A stretch of DNA of 64,000 bases from Camelus dromedarius. Taxonomy: Eukaryota. This document shows, in pieces, positions 43,201 through 52,200 of this stretch. The DNA lies in assembly GCF_036321535.1 (NCBI RefSeq), contig NC_087437.1:108750001-108814000 (forward strand). The letters run 5' to 3'. The position numbers were made by a program, and so were the translations under genes. Under the pieces are notes generated by a model that was given only the letters and a program-made list of their open reading frames with translations, was not told the DNA's origin and did not search any database. Numbering within the stretch: position 1 is the first letter of the stretch; every line of letters begins with the position of its first letter.

Positions 43201-46200
43201 AAAAGCTTATGAAGAGATGCTAAAAGTCACTATTCAGGAGAGTAATTAAAAGAGATCATCTGAACTCCTAATTAGACTGATAAGGAACAGCGCTGGCTAG
43301 AATACAAGGCTATAGAGTATTCATCACGTATTGATGGTTGAGTCTAGAGTAACAAGCCAATCAGGGGAGCAATCTGGCATGCCTTCAGCAAATTAAATAT
43401 GCATATACTCTTTGACTCAGTAATTCAGAAACTGAATTCCAGAAAAAGAAATTCTCACAGATCTGGGGAAACATGAAGATGCTCACTGCTGCCTTGTTTG
43501 TGACAGCAGGGAGTCAGAAGCAATCAGGATGTCTGTCACTGGGAAAAAAGACAGGCAAAATGGAATGAATGCAACCTTCTGAATATCATACAGCAGTTAG
43601 AAGCCATGGACCAGATATACATAAAGGAATGTGATGGATTTAAAGGACTTTATTACTTTTTAAAAAATTACTAAGTAGAAAGCAATACATGGGATGAAAT
43701 ATAACACAGTATCATTTATGTGAATTAAAAACACATGCAAAAAGGCTGTGATGAGCCTAACAGAAAAAATTAGACAAGCTTCATTTAGGCATGATGTCCA
43801 GTGCTGCTGTGTGGGAGTTCAATGTTAATGAACCAATACTACACATTAAACAAGGTGTCTTTACACAGACACACATAAAACAAGGTTACAGACTGACCAA
43901 CTGTCAAAAATGTTGTGACCAGAGACTCACAGGAACCTAATCCTGTATTTCCCCTAAGAGCAAATGCTTCAGTATTCACTAATTTCAGTGTTTGTGGGAC
44001 TTCTCAGAACATAATTACCATAAATAACAAGAATCGACTACACAAACAAAAGCACAAACATTAACCACATTTAGATGGTCAGCTGATGGAGGCAGAGAAT
44101 GAACAAAAAGAGACAGAAGGGAAAAATTAAATATTTAAACGAGAAGAGCCTTGCACACACCCACAACTTAAAAGTGCCACAAATAGAGGAGGAGGATGGT
44201 TCAACTTTGATTCTGAGGTCCCCATAACTAAATAGAAAAAGTGAAAATACAGTAACATTATAGTGAGAGAAACAATTCAGTTCCACCACAAAAATGTGTT
44301 TTCAGAGTTTTAAACATAAACAATAAACATAAAGCATAAATAAAAAGTAACAAGATCAGGGGAACAAAGGAATCAGAGAAATGTCTTAAAATAAAAAAGA
44401 TTAAGATACCTGAGGTATACTGTGTTTTCCATACTTCCAAAACTTATTCTGTGATAACAGAGACTTAAACTTCTCCTCCAGAGAATCAAGCTCATTATCA
44501 GGTAAGAGGCAGAGCAATTTCTTTAATGCCAATAAAGAACAAGTTACAACCCGATAGAATTTAGCTTCTCTCTCTTCTTCTGGAACAGTTCTTGATGTAA
44601 AAAGAAAATACATATACATAAGGACTGAGAATAAGACAAACTTACATATTTGGAACTTCTATTTTAAATGTTTTATTATTAAATATCTACCAAAGTCGCT
44701 TTATTTCTATGATCATTCTCCCTATGCTAAGCGCCCCCCAAATACAAACATACATAGAATTTTAATCATATATTTTTCAAATAACACAGGATGAAAGTAG
44801 ATGAAAAGCCATGGCTTGTAATAACTGTTCAAGTACACTGCTCTCAGCAGCAGTTAATAGAGTGATTCCAAATAAATAACACTGCCTGTAAGATTACTTT
44901 CCCTTACAGACTTTTATAGTTTGATTAGAACATAACAGTAAAAAGTAAATGGAACATTTTACTATTTGTTCAATACAACTACTCATAGTTAGTCAATTAT
45001 TTTCAAAAAGACCTTAAAATGGTTCCTGCTATTCATGTCAAAAGGTAAATGTGGGAAAAAAATCTAAAAACATCTCCATAAAAGAACCAAATGTATGAGC
45101 TCCCAGATAATTCAAGTTAAATAGTGGGACAACTTGCAGGTAAAGCCACTTAAAATAGAACCTGGCATATAGAACTGTACTGAGTATTGTCATCTCTACA
45201 TTTAGAACCCCTTTTTTTAAGGTCACATTGAAATTATCATCTTATGACCTAAAAGTGAAACACAGTTTCACTTAACCTGAGTTACACAGATACCATACAA
45301 CTTACTGTGGGTCACTGAGCGTATCAGGCGTTTCTTTTATAAGATGATCCTGCAGCACCTACAGAGGGGAAAAATCCCATAGCCATGAGATTTTATTGAA
45401 TTGTCAATGGTAAAAAGTCAGAGCATAAACCTCATCTTATCTAAAAGTTTTCATTCCCTTCCCCAAAAAAGCAGCAAAATTAAGTAGCAAAACTAAAACA
45501 TTTGAACTTAGTACCTATTTTTTTCCTATCAATCCCCAAGGTTGGCTGCTGTTGGCGTAAGGAAGGATAGGGTGCTATTTCCAAACACCTCCCATATCCA
45601 TCCTGAGGGCTTTTCCCCTAAATTCTCCTGGTCTCATGCTTCTCCACTCTTCCTGCACACAGCAGTGAAGTGAAAGGGATACCCGATTAGCAAGTTTGGG
45701 AGAGAATTTGGCTCTGCTTTCCTCGCCCCCCTTTTTTGAGCACCTCCCTGCTCACAGAGAAGAACACACACTGTTCTCTGCTCCATCATGGAGGAAGGCC
45801 TAAGGTTCCATTTGAAATGGTGAGTAAGTCTGCTTAGTTCTGGGGTACAGTACTAGCAAGTCTATTGCTCCAGTATCAATTTTATCAGCAATAACAGTAA
45901 CTAACATTTATTAAGCTTTTCCACCTGCCAAGTATTGCTTTGAGTACATTTCATGCGTTGACTAAATTAATCCTCACACAACTCAATGAAGTACAAGCTA
46001 ATCTCCACTTTAACAGATGAGGAAATGGAGGCATAGAAACTTGCCCATGGTCAAAAACCTCAACTGTCAGAGTGGGACTGAAACCCAATGATAGGACCCA
46101 AAGTCCATGTCCATATAGATAGTATGACATTTTGATCTTCATTTGCCTAACTCCTCTTTAACAAATTGGTTTTTCACTGGGGAAAGTTCAAACCCAGTAT

Positions 46201-49200
46201 CTGTATAACCGTGACATAGATGACTAAAGGGAAAATAATGGAGGAAACAATCCACATACTCAACGATCAGTTATTCATCCATACAAAGCCAAGAACAAAA
46301 AATCACACAGACAATGAACAGCCAAATTAGCTGTCTCAAAATCCATTTTCTAAAGCTCTTAGTGTCCAAACTCATGATACTTCATTCTCATCACATTTAG
46401 AACTTGGTATTTTAAATAAACCAATGATTCTTAATTTACAGTTGGGTTAGAGAACTCCCTTTGAGAATATGATTAAAGCTACAAACTCTCACCCTAGTAA
46501 AACCACCTTGGTATGCCAGAAAAATAAATAGAAGAACCAAGAACTCAATGGGAAACTAGAATGCATATATGTGCAAGTATAGATACTGGGTAAGAGATCA
46601 GACAGGAAAGGACTAGACCACGCAAAGCCCTGTAGGCCAAGATAAAAAACCTGGACTTGTAAGTATAGTGGGAAACCACAGAAAAGTTGACTAATTGAAA
46701 GGAGGCAGGAAGGGAGAAAGGAGGGTAAGGGAGAGGCTGTGTAAGTAGGATTATACATGGGTGCTATGGAAATACAAGAGTACTAAATAAGGGAATGAAC
46801 ACAAGCATAATTTTTTTTTTAAATCCTCACTTCTCCTCAATGGAGAATCACAGTCCACATACTTTTACTTCTTGGTATAATACTAACAAACTTGATTGTC
46901 TTGTTTTTTTCCAGTCCATATAATAGGAATAGCAAATAAGGAGGGAAAAAATGAGGAAGAACAGTATTAAATACAAATTGAAAGCCACAAAAGTTATGGC
47001 TGGTATCAGTCTGGTCATGTGTTGGAGAAATGCATATCTGTTAATGGGAGTATAAATTTGGCCTTTTGAAGGGCAATTTATCAGTATCTATAAAAATGCT
47101 AAATGTTCTCATACTTTGATCCAATATATGGTTACCAGAAGTTCTGGTAATTCTCACTCCCACAAGGTATGAAGAGATCTATCCAAGAATGTTCACTGAA
47201 GCAGTTTTTGTTACCATAAAAAAATGGGCGAAGACCCCAAATGCATATTAAAAGGAAGGAAGTTAAATAAACTGTTGTATATCTCTACAAAGGAATACCA
47301 GGATGATAGATCTCTATACATGTACTGATATGGAAACACGGGGAAAAGTAAGTTTAGATTTAATTTTTGGATATATTCTTTTTTTGATCATACATTACAA
47401 AGCATATACCTAAGTTTTTTAGATATGATAAATTAAGATATATTAAAAAAAAAAGATGGAAAATTTAAATAATTTAGAAAAATCTAATCCAAAAAGTTAA
47501 TTATGTTTAAAAAGCCAAAATGCTCATTTCTGTTAAACACCATTTTAAAAAGGCAGTCTTCCATTAAAAATATTTCACTTCTCATTCCCTCACAATGCTT
47601 GTTAAAAGAGCTGCCTTTGTAAAATGCCTTACATTCCCTTAAATACTTTAAAAAAATGGATACAGAATGGTTCCAAGGACTTACACTTGTAATTTCATCC
47701 TTACAAAATGCTATGGCTTCAGGTTGCTTGCCTGGAGGGAAAGCTGCTTCAAAGGCATCTTTCGCTGCACATGCAGCTGGTGTGTAAGTATCACACTGAG
47801 CCATTAGCCAGTAGCCCATTAAACTTTTTAAATAAGGAGCCAAGTGTTTCTTTACTTTAAGGATAAGTTTTTCAAAAGCTTGCTGTGTGGCTTCTCGAAC
47901 CCGACGATCATGATCCTATTGAAAATATAATATGGTTTAAAACAGTTCTAACCCATAAAAACAAATACAGACATTTCTGGCTATGCTATGATGCGCCATT
48001 AATAAGAATTCACCTATACGCAGAGCTAAACTAAAACCAATCATTATGTGAAAAAATGTATTAATTTTTCCTTTCCCCATTTTCCCAATGAGATAAAAAC
48101 GACTGCATTCAAGAAAGAGTCATGGCTAAGCACTGAATAATTAAGCAATTCATTCTCATTCTTCTGTAGCAAACATACAAAGAAATTACATTGTCAGAAT
48201 TTACTATGACTGAAAAGTGTCTGGGTAATTCTATGGTAATGACCTATTTTCTGAAAACAGACTCCCTGTACAGTTTTTACAACCCAAAATGATCCAATCT
48301 GCATAATAACACTGACATAACATTTCATAACCCTCACTGAAAATGAATCATGTAAATTTGACAGTCTCTACAACTTTAACCAAAAACAAAACAAAACCTA
48401 ACAAAAACAAGAACAAAAACCCACAAAAGAAATAAACTAGTAAAGTCTTAATACTTACAAGTGAAATTTTGCAGAAAATTCTTGGCCAGTATGGAAGAAC
48501 TCCTTTTACAATTTCTGTGTCTCTCTCTGTACACATGGTTCCAAATTCCTGCATAGCCTAAAAGTAAAATGTTAAAATCGTTTAGGATCCACAATCATAA
48601 CGTTGGCTACTGATTATATTTATGCTGTTTAGAAACTCAGTCTATTTTATGTGATGTGAGAATGCATTGTTTCTGCTTGTGCCATATGCGACTAATTTGA
48701 AGAATTCCTTCACACATTACTATGGTAGAAATTTTCAGTTGTTTAAAAAAAAAACATAAAACATACACAAACAGAAAACCCCATTTAAAATTATAGTGTC
48801 AAAATTACATTCCCTAACAGGAAAAAAATGTACAACCAGAATTCCAAAGTGATTCCAAAAAGTGCAGAGCAACAAACTAACTTAAAACCCAGAAAATAAG
48901 TGTAAATTGAAGTTTGTGTCAGAAAAAAAGTACAATTGTAGAAGTACTTATCAGTGATAACTAGTTCTTCATTTTCCTTTACATAAAAAATGTCAATGAC
49001 ATCTTAAGAAAAACATTTTCTTGATCATTTTAATAGAAACAATAAAACTTGCTTTTAGTTTTGTTGTGACATCTTTCTTAGAAAGTTTCCGCAGCACCAT
49101 TCGGAAATCAGAATCCACAAGACTGTCTATTTCTTCAGCTCCTTGAATAGCAGGGACATAGCCCAGGTCACTCTGAAATGTTCCAAAACCAATAAATCCT

Positions 49201-52200
49201 GGCACTGTTCCCTGTTCCTTGGCAAGAAGTTCTGCAGCTCGGCCACTGTTTGAAGGCTAGTAAGAAGGAAGGGAGAAAAGAAGTCAGAATCCAGGAAGAG
49301 TTCAAAATTTAACTTTGAGTTCTTTATTTTTTTAATTAACTAATTAATTTTTTAGAGTAATTCTTTATTAGAGTGGTTCTTTAGGTAATTCCTTGACAAT
49401 TCCCACAATGAAACAAACTTTTATTTGAGGACATTTTTTCCCCCAGTCTAAGATTTTATCTGTTGCAATGTTCCTCAAAGACGAATCTTTCTGTCATCAA
49501 GAATTTATCAATAATGATCCTAGGAGTTATTTCCTGGTTTCCTAAACATCAGAATGCTTTTAAAATTGTGATTACAAACTATTAGAGGCTCATAATATCA
49601 ACTTAATGGGCCACAACCACATTTTAAAGAAATAGACAAAATTTTAAAAATCAGAATGCATCACATACAGTAAGAATAAGTACTGTTTTACTAAATTTTT
49701 TATTTCCAACTTTTGTACAAATAGTATGTATACACACATATGTGTACTGTGTAATGATGTAAAATTAACTCATAAATGGATTACATCTTTTCATTCATCC
49801 ACTCATTCAACAAACATTTATTAAGCAACTACCATAGGACAAGTCTAATGATAGCTACTTCTACACCAGGAATTCTTTATGGGCAGACAATCATTTCCAC
49901 ATACCCAAAGCCTAGCCGAATCTCTTTAGGCTAAAATAGTTATAAATTATATTACTATAGACATAAAAATCAATACAATGGCCAGGATATAAGATACACT
50001 CCTTTGTTTTGAACCATAGTCAGTGGTTTGTTTGACTGATACACAGTACAGTAGTTTCCTAGTTAAGGGGTCTGTTAGGACAGAGAAAAGAAAATATTTT
50101 AAATGTTGAAAGAAATTAATGTATTCATTGTCATTTCAAAGGAAAATGCCTTAGTTCAATGTCCACAAAGATATCACATAAACCCATATAAGCTCACCTG
50201 TTTCTTATTTCTCTGTAAAAATGTCTAAAAATCCAAATGTGTGACTCAATTTGCTCACACCTAGCAAAACTGTGTTTGGGAAACTCATTTATCAAGGAAT
50301 AATCATCTGTACTACTTTCTAAACTGAACTGAGTGAACAGAAATGAAAATGATGGCCTAAATTAATTTTTTCACGACAGTAGCATTTAAGACTAATTTTT
50401 TAAAAGATTCTCTATTTTAAAACTTTATTGAAATGAATTAACATTATTCAGTTCACCTTTCTCAGTACTGATACATTAATAAAGAGCAATAAAGGAAGTT
50501 AGTGAATTACAATATAAATCTGAAAACTAAATATGACGACATTAAGACATTGGAATTTTATCTATAATCTTATGTGTAAACAGTTTTATTATGAAACAGA
50601 ATAATGAAATAGTATAAAAAACTAACTACTGTTAAAAGCTAAAGGAGTCAAAGCTAAATTGCAATTGACCTGAAGACCAAAGCTCACAGTGATAATTAGG
50701 TGCAGAAGAAAAGTATCAGATATCCAGTTTCAAAGTAATAAATTATTTTAAAATATACTAATTGTATCTTTTTCAATGTCTACTTTTAATTTAAAATGTA
50801 GTTACTGTTTCTTGCTACTTCCTCTACTGTGGGTTACTTATACCCACAGTTCAAAAATTAAGAACCTTGATTCTATTTCTGGCAGTTAATTTTCCTATAA
50901 TACACCTACTTCATACTTTTGTGCCTGGTTTCTAGAGGTATTTGAGGTGGCAATCCTGAGTCTACAGTTTAAAGGCCAAATTCAGGAAGACTTACAAGAT
51001 CTTTCACCATCTGGCCTCAATCTCCCCAGTCATCTCCTGCCACTCTTTTCTTCCTTTATCCCACCTTCCACCTCCCCTCTCCCAATTTTGCTGCCAACAT
51101 TTATGGTCTAGTCCCAAATTGAATACAAAGTCCCCCGAATATGTTATGCTTTTTCATAATTTGGTTTTTATTGCATAATCTTTTCTCTGCCTGAAAACCT
51201 TTCCTTCCTTTTTATTATTTGACAAACTCCTACTTATCCTTCAAAACACATTCATGTTTTCCACATTTGCCTCCCTTGGGTCAATCACCATTCTTTTCTG
51301 TTCTCTCACTTTCTTCTAGGATACCTCTATCATAATTCTTTAATGTAATTATTTGCTTATCTATGTCTATCATCCAACTAATAGCTAAGAACAGAAGAAA
51401 TTTGTCTATCATCTTTGAATATATGGCATTCAGTATTCAAATTTCCTGTTGAAAAAATGACTGCCATTCTGAAGTTCAAATCCCAACACTGCAACTTCCT
51501 GATTACACAAGTTTAAGCAAGTTAATTTCTGTAAGCCTCAGAATCATCATCTGTAAAACGAGGTAACAGTAACTAAATCATTACTGAGGTGTTTCCGAGA
51601 TTAAATATAAGTTCTTAAACCATCATAATAATAATTGATTCCAGCAAGAATCATCAAAGGATGTTAAAAACCATTGAAAGTTTATGAGAACAGGTTATTC
51701 CCAGTCTCAAACTACTACTCTAGTAATAATAATTTGTTAATAGCCAATGGAAAGAGACACTTATACAACAGACATCACCTTAACCAAGCGATTAAACAGA
51801 TACGACCAATAATGGTACAAACAGGCATCACGTGCCCCCATGTTGTGAGAGGCACTGAGAAAGACACATCATCTATGAAGCTTTTCTGTCAAAAAAGTCT
51901 AACCTGAATCTAATCACAAGGAACAATTAGACAAATCTACACTAAGTAAATCAATTGCCTAGACTCTTCCAAATTGTCCATGTCATTAAAGAATCCCCCT
52001 CTAAAAAAAAGAAAAAGCCACTTGGAAATTGTCTAGATCTAAATAACTAAATGGAATGAGTGATCCTTGAATGGATCTTGGATGTTTTTTAAAATGCTGT
52101 ATCTAAAATAAAAGTTACAGAGAACAACATTGAGATGATTATAGAAATCTGAATACAATAGTGTATTTAATTAGATAATATACTGAAGTTAAAATTTCTG

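Larger units (their letters stand above)
38540..43740 (+). mobile_element. Composite L1 block in LTN1 intron 6 (several ages, nested)
   Basis: ORF2-like AAGAAGAACAAAGTTGGAGG...TAATCAAGACTGTGGTA; GAAAATGCAAATTAAAACCACAATGA; younger 3' end at 41226-41372 (TGACACAACACTGTAAACTGACTATACTT-polyA). Confidence 0.75.
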
